From Myxococcales bacterium (GTDB lineage: Bacteria; Myxococcota_A; Polyangia; Polyangiales; Polyangiaceae): a stretch of DNA of 28,246 nucleotides. A model generated the notes under the pieces. That model ran no database searches and was not told the origin of the DNA. It saw only the letters and a program-made list of their open reading frames with translations. Each line of letters opens with the position of its first letter. The stretch's first letter is position 1. Location of the stretch: positions 1 to 28,246 of the forward strand of contig JAYTOU010000098.1 in the NCBI GenBank assembly GCA_043747615.1, written 5' to 3'. A program made the translations under genes and the position numbers. Below, piece after piece: positions 8,989 through 17,081 of this stretch.

Positions 8989-9872
8989 TCGGCGCGGCAC
9001 CGAGGGGGGTCCTCGTCGTCGACAAGCCCGGCGGGATGACCAGCCACGATGTCGTCCAGCAGCTGCGAAAGAAGCTGAGAACACGGGAGATCGGGCACTC
9101 GGGCACTCTCGATCCGATGGCCACGGGCGTCCTCGTGGTGTGCATCGGCGAGGGCACGAAGCTCGTGCCGTACCTCACGGCCGCAGAGAAAGGATACGAC
9201 GCGACCATCGCACTTGGAACCGGTACCGCGACCCTCGACGCCGAAGGCGAAGTCACCGAGACGAAGGAGGTGCCGGCCGACTGGCAGGATCGCCTGCAGG
9301 CGGGCATCGACGTCGAGCGCGCGCGCACGAGCCAGGTGCCTCCCTCGTTCTCGGCGATCCGTGTAGACGGCGTTCGCTCTCACGTCCTTGCTCGTCGCGG
9401 TGAAGCTGTGGAGCATGCGGCGCGCGTCGTGCGTGTCACATCCATGGAAGTTCGGTCACGCACCGTCGACCCACCCACGCTCCATGTCCTGCTCGACGTG
9501 TCGAAGGGTTACTACGTGCGATCATTGGCCCGCGATCTAGCGACGTCGCTAGGCACGGTCGGACACCTCACCGCGCTGCGGCGCACGCGCTCAGGCTGTT
9601 TTTCCCTGGCCGACGCGTGTCCCCTGACGGACGAAAGAATCACGGAGCATCTTCTGTCGCTGGAGAGCGCGGCGGCGCGCGCTCTTCCGGTGGCTCAGCT
9701 CACGGCGAAAGGGCGCGTCGACGCCTTCGAGGGTCGGCCGATCGCCCTCGCGGATCTGTCGAACCCGACCTCCGTCGGTCCATGCGCATGGTTCGACGAA
9801 ACGGGGACGCTCGTCGCCATCGGCGCGATCGAAGCAAGCGGCCGCGGCCAGGTGCTCCGCGGTTTTCGCTGA
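8985..9872 (+). CDS. truB: tRNA pseudouridine(55) synthase
   Basis: VDKPGGMTSHDVV, GHSGTLDPMATGVL, QVPPSFSAI, SKGYYVRSLARD and LRRTRSG. Start uncertain; TTG 8985 overlaps the upstream stop. Confidence 0.95.
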   Translation: MIGAAPRGVLVVDKPGGMTSHDVVQQLRKKLRTREIGHSGTLDPMATGVLVVCIGEGTKLVPYLTAAEKGYDATIALGTGTATLDAEGEVTETKEVPADWQDRLQAGIDVERARTSQVPPSFSAIRVDGVRSHVLARRGEAVEHAARVVRVTSMEVRSRTVDPPTLHVLLDVSKGYYVRSLARDLATSLGTVGHLTALRRTRSGCFSLADACPLTDERITEHLLSLESAAARALPVAQLTAKGRVDAFEGRPIALADLSNPTSVGPCAWFDETGTLVAIGAIEASGRGQVLRGFR

Positions 9873-10943
9873 CTACTTTTTACCCGCCGCCTTGTCGCGG
9901 GCAACCTTAAGGCGCTCCTTTGCTTGAGGGGCGAGCGGGCCGGAGGGTGCAAGCTTCAAGTAGGTATCGAACTCCGTCACCACCTTCTTCCACTCATTCT
10001 TCGCTGCGAGGCGCGTAGCGAGCCAGTAGTGCGCGAGAGCGAAGTTGGGGTCCTTCTTCACGGCTGCCTGAAGATCGACGAGCGCGCCGTCTTCGTCCTT
10101 CCCACCAAGCTTGCATAGTGCACGCTCCGTCCTGAACTCGGCCGTGTCCTTGAGCGTGATGGCTTTGTCGAAGGTCGGTACGCAGTCCGAGACATCGCGA
10201 ATCAGAAGCATCTCGTGACCGATCGCGGCAACGAGCGCGACGTCGTCACCGGCTAGCGGGCGAGCAGCGCGCAACTTCGCCGCCGCTTCGTCGGGACGCT
10301 TCATGATCCCGAGCCAGTGCCCGTACGTGAACGCGAGCATCGCGTCGCTCGGAGCGATCTTCGCGGCCTCTTCGAATTCGCGCACCGCGCCCACGTCTCC
10401 TTTGCTGGCGAGCGCGACGGCAATGTTGGTATGGAGGCCGGCGTTCTTGGGGTGCTTGGCGAGGGCCGGTCGCGTGGCGAGGAGCGCCTCGTCGAAACGC
10501 CCGCCGTCGATGTAGAGCGCGCCGAGGTTCTGCGCCGCGTCTTCGTGGTCCGGCTTGAGGCTCAGGGCCTCTTTGTACGACTTTTCTGCCCCCGCTTTGT
10601 CGCCGCCCTTGTCGGCCACGAGGCCCAGATAATAGGTGGCGTCTGCATCTTTGGGGTTCTTCTTGATCGCCGCTTCGAAGCTCGTCTTCGCTCCTGCCAT
10701 GTCGCCGGCGTTGAACGCTTTGATACCCTTGGCGAGCTCCTCGCTCGTCGGCGCCGCGTTCTCCGGAGGAGCGTTCGCGCTCGCGGCGGACGGAGCAGTG
10801 CCTCCGGCCATCGAAGGCGGCAGCGACGGAGGCGTGGTGCTCTGTGCCGCGGGCGGCGGCGAATTCGACCCCCCGCATGCCACGAGTACGAACGACAAAA
10901 TCCCTAGAATTTTCGCCTGATTCATCTTTTGTCCGTTTTTCAT
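9873..10943 (-). CDS. TPR-repeat lipoprotein
   Basis: Lipobox LVAC, Pro/Ala linker and multiple TPR-like units (ATYYLGLV...A, AAQNLGALY...A, AHYWLA). ATG 10943 overlaps the glnD stop (ATGA); alternative start 10925. Confidence 0.87.
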   Translation of the reverse strand: MKNGQKMNQAKILGILSFVLVACGGSNSPPPAAQSTTPPSLPPSMAGGTAPSAASANAPPENAAPTSEELAKGIKAFNAGDMAGAKTSFEAAIKKNPKDADATYYLGLVADKGGDKAGAEKSYKEALSLKPDHEDAAQNLGALYIDGGRFDEALLATRPALAKHPKNAGLHTNIAVALASKGDVGAVREFEEAAKIAPSDAMLAFTYGHWLGIMKRPDEAAAKLRAARPLAGDDVALVAAIGHEMLLIRDVSDCVPTFDKAITLKDTAEFRTERALCKLGGKDEDGALVDLQAAVKKDPNFALAHYWLATRLAAKNEWKKVVTEFDTYLKLAPSGPLAPQAKERLKVARDKAAGKK

Positions 10944-13675
10944 GGGTCCCCGTTGCATCCAATCGCGCCGGTCAGCGCATCACGAATCACTTTGAACCGC
11001 TCGCCCGGAACGACCTTGGTGCCGTCGAGCTCGCTCACGTAGAAGACGTCGGCCACCTTGGTGCCTTCGGTGTTGATCTTCGAGAGCGCGATGGTGAGCC
11101 CGAGCTCGTGGAGCGCGCGCGCCAGAGTGTAGAGCAGACCGGGCCGGTCTTTCGCGAAGACTTCGATCACCGTGTGACGGGGCGATGCGCGGTCGTCGAC
11201 CACCACCTCGGTAGTGATGGCCGGGCTCGGTCGTTCGCGCCACGGAGACGCCGAGCCGGTGCGCGCGCGGAGGAGGTCGGCGGGATCGACGGCGCCCGAG
11301 CAGACGTCATCGAGGTCCTTGAGAAAGCGTGCGAATCGACGAGCCTCTGGCGTGGCTTCGGCGCGGTTGCGCACCCAGAAGAGGTCGACGGCCTCCGTGC
11401 GACCCCCAGGTAGCACCCGCGAATAAACCTGCGCCGCCAGCACCTCGAGACGCCCCGCGGTGATCGCCGCGGCGATGCGCGCGAGAAGACCGGGACGGTC
11501 CTCGGCGATGACGCAGAGCTCGGAAAATTCGGGATGCTTCGACGGCACGAGCGCGGCGTGGACCGGAGAGCTTTTGCGATCGAGGGCGACCTGCGCATGG
11601 GCGACGATGGCGTCGGGGGTGTTCGCGAGCAGGTAGCGCTCGGGCATGCTGCCGACGAACGCGTCGAGTGCGCTGCGCTCCCCGCTCCAGAGCCTGGCTG
11701 CGGCGTCGCGAACTCTGCCGAGGCGCTCCTCGTCGATCTGGCTGGGCCTTCCGCCGAGAAGGAAACCGTCGCTCGCGAGATAGAGCTCCTCGAGCATGCG
11801 TGATTTCCAGGACGTCATCGCGGTCGGCGATGTGGTCGTGATGTCTGCCACCGTGAGGAGATAAAGATCGCGAAGGCCCTCGCGACCGCGCACCCCCACG
11901 CAAAAGTCCTGGATGGTCGTGGGATCGTCGAGGTCGCGGCGCGTCGCCACGTGGTACATCGACAGGTGCTGCGCGACGAGGGCACGTGCCTCGGCAACAT
12001 CCTCCTCGGACAGGCCGAGACGCGGAAGAATGCGGTCGCACAGCTCGGCTCCGCTCTGCGAGTGGTTCTTTCGAGAGCCGTTCGCATCGGGGTAACCCTT
12101 GCCGACGTCGTGAAGCAGCGTGGCCAGAAAAAGCGGGCGCGGCCGAGCGATCTCCGCGGCGAGCCGGCTGGCGAGCGGGTGCACCGGCGCGAGCTCACCG
12201 CGGGCGAGAGAACGCAGACAGTCGAGCGCAGCCACGCTGTGAACGTCGACGGTGTACACGTGGTACGTGTCGTGATGGACCCGCCCGGTCACCGGCAAAA
12301 ACTCCGGGATCATCGCCAGGAGAAGGCCCACGTCATGGAGCTCACCGGCGATCGAGCCACGCGGCATGCGCGACTCCGCCACCGTGCAAATCAGATCGGC
12401 GAAGAGGTCGTTCGCTTCACGGCTCGCGCGCAACGCCGCGGCAAACGCGGGGTCCGACGTGGCGCGGGCGATCACCTCGCGCGCAAACGGAAGCACCGGT
12501 GCGTCGTGCCGCGCGCAGGCCGCGTAGACGCGCAGCGCAAGGGGTGGATCGCTCAAGAGCTCCGCGCTCCCGGCGAGGGTCACGTGACCATCGAAGAGGC
12601 GCACCCCGTGACCAAGATCGGCGTCCGCCATCCGCGAGCGCTTTCGCGGTGGCCGCGCGCGCTCGAACATTCGCTCCTTCGCCCGGGTCACGATCCGCGC
12701 GTGGAGGTAGTAATCCTGCATCAGCCGCTCGGCCCCTGCGGCGCGGGCGTCGTCGTTTCCCGAGTTCGCTTCGACGTATCCCATCTCGAGCGCGATGGTC
12801 TCTTGCTCGTCGAACGTGAGGCGATCGCTCTTGCGATCGGCGTGGGCGTGAAGCCGGTTGCGCACCCGCCAGAGGAACGTCTCCGCTTCGGTGATCTCCT
12901 GCGATTCACGTCCGACGAAGACGCCGAGCCGCACGAGCTCACGCCAGATGCTCTGTGGGTCTCCAGGATCACCGACCCGGTAACGAGCCCGCGCCACCCA
13001 GCGCACGCCGTCGAGATCGCGGAGCCCACCGCTTCCGCCCTTCACGTCCGGCTCGAGGAGGTAGAGCGAGCCCCCCAGGCGCGCCTGTCGTCCAGAGGCC
13101 TCTGCATCCAGGCGATCGATGAACTCACCGATGGCGCTCTCCAGAAACATTCCGTTCCACGCGCGATCCAGGAGCTCGCTGACGAGCGTCTTGCCCCCTG
13201 CCAAATAGCGCAGATCGAGGAGGGTGGTGGCGGTGGCGAGATCCTCGTGGGCGAGCGCGAGCGCTTCGTCGGGCTCCATGACCTGATGTCCGATCGAGAG
13301 GCCTACGTCCCAGAGCGGGTAGAGCAGGGCCTCGACGAATGCGCTCGCCTCCTCGCGGTTTCTTCCGCGCGCGTTCGGTACGATGAGGCGAACGTCGGCG
13401 TCGCTCTTCAGCGCGACGGCTCCACGCCCGTAGCTCCCGACGGCGGCGAGCGCAATCGCCTGTCGAGGCTGGCCAAGGCTGCCGTGCGCTGCAGCAAACA
13501 TCGTGGTCATGAGACCGTCGAGGATCTCCGCGTTCCTCCGCCCAAGCGCGACGCCGTCTGCACCAGGATGCTCGAGCATGGTGCGCGCTTCTGCGCGATG
13601 GCACGCGAGGGCGTCTCGGAGCTCGCTGCCGAGCGGGGGCACACCGCCGGTCAGCTCGTGGGGTTCGGTGGGCAT
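10940..13675 (-). CDS. glnD: Bifunctional PII uridylyltransferase/uridylyl-removing enzyme
   Basis: NTase AVGSYGRG...SDAD, EPDVKGGSGGLRD, YHVYTVDVHS, HD motif LLHDVGKG and two ACT domains (EDRPGLL, KDRPGLL...ADVFYV). Start uncertain (13675/13699/13720). Confidence 0.96.
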   Translation of the reverse strand: MPTEPHELTGGVPPLGSELRDALACHRAEARTMLEHPGADGVALGRRNAEILDGLMTTMFAAAHGSLGQPRQAIALAAVGSYGRGAVALKSDADVRLIVPNARGRNREEASAFVEALLYPLWDVGLSIGHQVMEPDEALALAHEDLATATTLLDLRYLAGGKTLVSELLDRAWNGMFLESAIGEFIDRLDAEASGRQARLGGSLYLLEPDVKGGSGGLRDLDGVRWVARARYRVGDPGDPQSIWRELVRLGVFVGRESQEITEAETFLWRVRNRLHAHADRKSDRLTFDEQETIALEMGYVEANSGNDDARAAGAERLMQDYYLHARIVTRAKERMFERARPPRKRSRMADADLGHGVRLFDGHVTLAGSAELLSDPPLALRVYAACARHDAPVLPFAREVIARATSDPAFAAALRASREANDLFADLICTVAESRMPRGSIAGELHDVGLLLAMIPEFLPVTGRVHHDTYHVYTVDVHSVAALDCLRSLARGELAPVHPLASRLAAEIARPRPLFLATLLHDVGKGYPDANGSRKNHSQSGAELCDRILPRLGLSEEDVAEARALVAQHLSMYHVATRRDLDDPTTIQDFCVGVRGREGLRDLYLLTVADITTTSPTAMTSWKSRMLEELYLASDGFLLGGRPSQIDEERLGRVRDAAARLWSGERSALDAFVGSMPERYLLANTPDAIVAHAQVALDRKSSPVHAALVPSKHPEFSELCVIAEDRPGLLARIAAAITAGRLEVLAAQVYSRVLPGGRTEAVDLFWVRNRAEATPEARRFARFLKDLDDVCSGAVDPADLLRARTGSASPWRERPSPAITTEVVVDDRASPRHTVIEVFAKDRPGLLYTLARALHELGLTIALSKINTEGTKVADVFYVSELDGTKVVPGERFKVIRDALTGAIGCNGDP

Positions 13676-13689
13676 CGAGAGACCGAGAA

Positions 13690-13698
13690 ACCGTACCA
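13690..13698 (-). promoter_or_regulatory. Putative extended -10 element (TGnTACGGT) of glnD
   Basis: TG-G-TACGGT on the minus strand, 14 nt before ATG 13675. The same TGnTACGGT occurs at 17035-17043. Confidence 0.35.
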
Positions 13699-13866
13699 TC
13701 GGCGGGAGCGCCGAACACAACTCTTCAAATAACCGCGGACTTCCTCTAATCTGCCCGCGCGTCGCGGTTTGCCGCCTGGTCCGTGGATTGGGTGGATTCG
13801 AAATCTCATCCCGTAGGGGGGACCCCTCTGGGCATACATCGATCAGATCCTCTAGGAGGCAAGTTC

Positions 13867-14577
13867 ATGTTTAGTAAAGTATTCTATCCCTTAGTTGCCG
13901 TGGCCTCGTTGGGCCTCGCGTTCTCGTTCAACGCTTGCAGCTGCCATGCGGAGATGGGCGATCAGCAGGCCAAGGCCCCTGAGCCCCCGAAGGCACCCGA
14001 GCCCCCGCCCCCGCCTGTGCCCGAGGCTCCCAAAACCCCCGAGCCCGCGCCGAAGCCGAAGGTAGTCGCCGTCAAGAACGCGCAGATTGAAGGCACGCGC
14101 GTCAAGATCCCGGGCGAGCTCGATTTCGACATCGACAAGGCGACCCTCAAGGACACGCCCCAGACGAAGGAAATCTTGACCACGCTCGTCGAGTTCATGA
14201 AGGAGAACAAGAGCGTCACCAAGCTCCGCATCGAAGGTCACACCGACAACACCGGAACGTCCGACCACAACAAGAAGCTCTCGCAGGAGCGCGCGGACAG
14301 CGTCGCGAAGTACCTGGCCGACCACGGCTGCGAGAAAACGCGCCTCACGACGATCGGCTTCGGCGACAGCAAGCCGGAAGTCGCAAACGACACGAAGGAA
14401 AACAAGGCGAAGAACCGCCGCACGGAATTCCACGTGGACGAGCTCGACGGCAAGCACCAGGACGCCGCCGTCACGGCGAGCTCCACGGCCCCGACCACGC
14501 CCGCCGCTCCGGCATCAGCTGCAGTCGACGCTGGCGCGCCCAAGGGCCAGAAGGTCGTCGCGGCACCGAAGAAGTAA
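13867..14577 (+). CDS. OmpA-family (peptidoglycan-binding) protein, probably a lipoprotein
   Basis: SD AGGAGG at 13854-13859; signal peptide ending FNAC; Pro-rich linker; IEGHTDNTG, NKKLSQERA, GFGDSKP and KNRRTEF. Confidence 0.93.
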   Translation: MFSKVFYPLVAVASLGLAFSFNACSCHAEMGDQQAKAPEPPKAPEPPPPPVPEAPKTPEPAPKPKVVAVKNAQIEGTRVKIPGELDFDIDKATLKDTPQTKEILTTLVEFMKENKSVTKLRIEGHTDNTGTSDHNKKLSQERADSVAKYLADHGCEKTRLTTIGFGDSKPEVANDTKENKAKNRRTEFHVDELDGKHQDAAVTASSTAPTTPAAPASAAVDAGAPKGQKVVAAPKK

Positions 14578-14607
14578 TTTCTTCGACCAGCGTCACCCCA
14601 CACTCGG

Positions 14608-14647
14608 AGCGGCTGCGTTTTTTTTACGACGCAGCCGCTTTGATTTT
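14608..14647 (+). terminator. Intrinsic terminator after the OmpA-family gene
   Basis: Perfect 11-bp stem AGCGGCTGCGT (14608-14618) / ACGCAGCCGCT (14629-14639), followed by TTGATTTT. Confidence 0.75.
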
Positions 14648-14665
14648 GTATCTAGACTCTCCGAT

Positions 14666-15430
14666 ATGCCGCTCAATCGCGCCCGCTGCAGCGCATGCAA
14701 AGAGCCGCTCGGCGATCCGCCGCACGTGGCCGTCGCTATGCGTTGTCCGAGCTGCCGCACGCCGCGCTCCGTCGCTCTTGGAGCCGATGGACAGCCTGCG
14801 GATTTCGACGCCTCCTTCGCCGCGAATCGCCTCCTGCGCTGGTTCATGGCCGCCCGCGTTGCGATGACCCGGGGTGCGCCCGGCGTTGCCATCGGCGTTT
14901 GTGCCCACTGCGATTCGCCGCTCACCATTTCGTCGCGCGAGCCGATCACGCTCCCTTGCCCGCACTGCACGCACCCTGTCGAAGGGCCGGCCGCGACGGT
15001 GCTCGTCGATCAATGGCCCGAGCCGTGGGCGCGCGTCGAAGGTGGAGGTCTCGCCCTCGAGTACCGACTGGCGATCGTCGATGACCACACGGGCGTGACC
15101 GCGGGATGCGCGGCCTGCGGAGCGCCGACCGCTGCCAACGATCCATCGATGCATTGCCGACGCTGCAACGCCATCGCCTGGGTCGAGCGCGAAGGCCTCC
15201 GCGTTCAGGTCGGCGTACGCATTGACGGCACTCGGCAAGATCTCCCGTTCAACGCGCTCGTGCCCCTCATTCAGGGCGAGCAAATGCTGCGCGCCGATGC
15301 CGCGACGGGCAACTCCGCCGAGTCCGGCACCTCACTTCTCGGGGTGACCGGAGTCGGCTGCGCCCTCGCCATCGGATTCGGCGTGCTTCTAACTTTTGGG
15401 ATCTGGATGGCCGTTCATTTCTGGAAGTGA
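14666..15430 (+). CDS. Hypothetical multi-CxxC (zinc-ribbon-like) protein with C-terminal TM helix
   Basis: Six CxxC motifs (CSAC, CPSC, CAHC, CPHC, CAAC, CRRC); hydrophobic C-terminus LLGVTGVGCALAIGFGVLLTFGIWMAVHFWK. Confidence 0.8.
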   Translation: MPLNRARCSACKEPLGDPPHVAVAMRCPSCRTPRSVALGADGQPADFDASFAANRLLRWFMAARVAMTRGAPGVAIGVCAHCDSPLTISSREPITLPCPHCTHPVEGPAATVLVDQWPEPWARVEGGGLALEYRLAIVDDHTGVTAGCAACGAPTAANDPSMHCRRCNAIAWVEREGLRVQVGVRIDGTRQDLPFNALVPLIQGEQMLRADAATGNSAESGTSLLGVTGVGCALAIGFGVLLTFGIWMAVHFWK

Positions 15431-16225
15431 TCAGCCGCCGTAGCCGCGATCGCCAGACAACGTGCTCGCTTTGCAAGCGGCGGCTCCGGGCGCAAAGATG
15501 AGGCCGGCGTCGCACTTGTTGAGCGCCGGATCGCAGTACGGCGCCGTTGAAGCGCAATCGTCGTCCGTCGCGCAAGCAACTCCGGTCGTGAAGCGGGGCA
15601 GGCAGGTGTTGTTGCAGCGGAGGTCCTCGAGGCATGGCGCAGTCGCGTTGCATTGCTCGCCGCTCGCCTTTTTCGCGAGGCACACCGACGCCGCCCCGGC
15701 CTCATTGCAGTACGATCCCGCCTCGCACTGATCGCCTGCGCTCGCGCATCCCGCGCTCTTGCTCTTCGAGCTCGGCATCGCGCAGAGCATCTTGTCGCAG
15801 ATCATCGCCCCGTCGCAGTCGTAGTTGCTGGCGCACGCTTGAAGCGCCTTTTGCGACCCCTGGAACACGCGACCGCACGTGTCTCGCAGCGCTTTTAGAT
15901 CGCCCGGAGTGATCGTGCCGTCCTTCGAGTACGTGTCGTGGGCCTTGTCGATGCAGGCTTGCGCGTTGGCCGCGCGGTACTGCCGGGTCGACGACGAGCT
16001 CGACGTCGCGTCGCTCGCACATTGCGCCTTCCGGGCCGAAAGGCAGGAGTCCATGGTCGCGGCGCACTTGGCGGCAACCTGACATTCCTGATTAGCCTTC
16101 TCGCTGCAGAAGGAGTCTACCGACGGATATTTCACCGCGTCAGGAGCGCTCGAACATGCTGCCATTGAAATTGCCGCGAACCCACCAAGTGCAAGCCAGC
16201 TTCGAATTTTCATTTTCGTCCTCAT
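15431..16225 (-). CDS. Cys-rich repeat lipoprotein
   Basis: Signal peptide with lipobox MAAC; 25 Cys; four 4-Cys repeats in the C-terminal half. Start could be 16225 or 16213. Confidence 0.85.
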   Translation of the reverse strand: MRTKMKIRSWLALGGFAAISMAACSSAPDAVKYPSVDSFCSEKANQECQVAAKCAATMDSCLSARKAQCASDATSSSSSTRQYRAANAQACIDKAHDTYSKDGTITPGDLKALRDTCGRVFQGSQKALQACASNYDCDGAMICDKMLCAMPSSKSKSAGCASAGDQCEAGSYCNEAGAASVCLAKKASGEQCNATAPCLEDLRCNNTCLPRFTTGVACATDDDCASTAPYCDPALNKCDAGLIFAPGAAACKASTLSGDRGYGG

Positions 16226-16343
16226 TTTCGTTCTGCCAGAAGTCGCATCTCACGTGCTGTGTGATCTTACCCCAAGAGAATATTGACGTCTTCTCGCCTT
16301 GACGCTCACGGAGCAGACCGTTACCCATGGCGTCGTTCACCGC

Positions 16344-16425
16344 GCGAAGGTGGCGGAATTGGCAGACGCGCCGGCTTCAGGTGCCGGTGGGGTAACTCGT
16401 AGGGGTTCAAGTCCCCTCCTTCGCA
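16344..16425 (+). tRNA. tRNA-Leu (anticodon CAG)
   Basis: Acceptor stem GCGAAGG/CCTTCGC plus discriminator A; D arm TGGCGGAATTGGCAGACGC; anticodon arm CCGGC-TTCAGGT-GCCGG; long variable arm; T arm AGGGG-TTCAAGT-CCCCT. CCA is not encoded. Confidence 0.97.
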
Positions 16426-16433
16426 CTCATATG

Positions 16434-16474
16434 AAAAAGCGCGCCGACCAGTGAAGGTGGGCGCGCTCTTTGTT
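16434..16474. terminator. Bidirectional intrinsic terminator between tRNA-Leu and the RRM gene
   Basis: AAAAA, then stem AGCGCGCC(g)ACC / GGT(g)GGCGCGCT, then CTTTGTT; lies between convergent genes. Confidence 0.75.
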
Positions 16475-16502
16475 AGACGGACGACTGGTTGAGGCCTCGA
16501 GA

Positions 16503-16859
16503 CTACCAGCGGCCTCCGCCGCCGCCGCCACCACCACCGCCGCCACGACCGCCGCCGCCGCCTCCTCCGCCACGGCCTCCGCCGCCGCCCCCTCCGCCAC
16601 GGCCTCCGCCGCCTTCACGGGGTCGCGCTTCGTTCACGACGAGTGCGCGTCCGCCAACCGTGTGCCCGTTGAGTGCACCGATCGCGGTGTTTGCTTCGCC
16701 GTCGTTGCCCATCTCGACGAATGCAAATCCGCGCGGTTGTCCGCTCTCGCGATCTGTGACGATCGACGCGGAATCAACCGCGCCGTGCGCCGCGAACATT
16801 TCGCGGAGGTCGGCCTCGGTGGTGCTAAACGGGAGATTGCCAACGTAAATTTTCTTCAT
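16503..16859 (-). CDS. RRM RNA-binding protein with Gly/Arg-rich tail
   Basis: RNP2 IYVGNL, RNP1 RGFAFVEM, LVVNEARPR, then a poly-Gly/RGG tail ending RW. Confidence 0.96.
   Translation of the reverse strand: MKKIYVGNLPFSTTEADLREMFAAHGAVDSASIVTDRESGQPRGFAFVEMGNDGEANTAIGALNGHTVGGRALVVNEARPREGGGGRGGGGGGGGRGGGGGGGGRGGGGGGGGGGGRW
16509..16614 (-). repeat. Low-complexity coding repeat (Gly-rich tail)
   Basis: GGC/GGA/GGT runs; the 23-mer CCTCCGCCACGGCCTCCGCCGCC occurs at 16564 and 16591 (27-nt period). Confidence 0.8.
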
Positions 16860-17034
16860 GACCGAAATACCCTTGCCCGAGATTCGTAAGATCGCTCAAA
16901 ACCGTTGCGGATACCCAGGCAGTGATCGCGGTGGATCGAGCGTGCTCGCGGGACACGCCGCGGGCTAAGAGGAGCATAGCTGACCTCCAGCGATTGGGGG
17001 ACTTTAGAAGGAGGCGCCCTCAGATAGACTCCCG

Positions 17035-17043
17035 TGATACGGT
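17035..17043 (+). promoter_or_regulatory. Putative extended -10 element (TGnTACGGT)
   Basis: TG-A-TACGGT 38 nt upstream of ATG 17082; GAGG SD-like sequence at 17071. Confidence 0.35.
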
Positions 17044-17081
17044 CGAGCCGCCAGAATTCTGGCGTTTAGAGAGGGGTTCTC

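Noticed and set aside
11951..13732. 593-aa plus-strand ORF antisense to glnD (likewise 2602-4068, 7612-9084 and 24032-25540 on the minus strand)
   Set aside because: Antisense shadows of confident genes, with no recognisable domains.
13725..13860. Possible riboswitch (GGCAAACC on the minus strand; AACCGCG/CGCGGTT inverted repeat) between glnD and the OmpA-family gene
   Set aside because: Lacks the GNRA-capped stem and following GCAAA elements of c-di-GMP-I riboswitches; short GC-rich pairings are expected by chance. An Rfam cmscan would settle it.
14811..14820. CCTCCTTCGC matching the tRNA-Leu 3' end (possible att site)
   Set aside because: Only 10 nt, inside a CDS, and there is no integrase or compositional island.
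14666..15430. Multiheme cytochrome interpretation
   Set aside because: No CxxCH motif (the closest is CPHCTH) and no export signal.
16470..16889. Poly-Pro and poly-Ala ORFs on the plus strand; CRISPR-like repeat
   Set aside because: These are reverse-frame readings of the RRM Gly tail; there is no repeat-spacer structure or cas gene.
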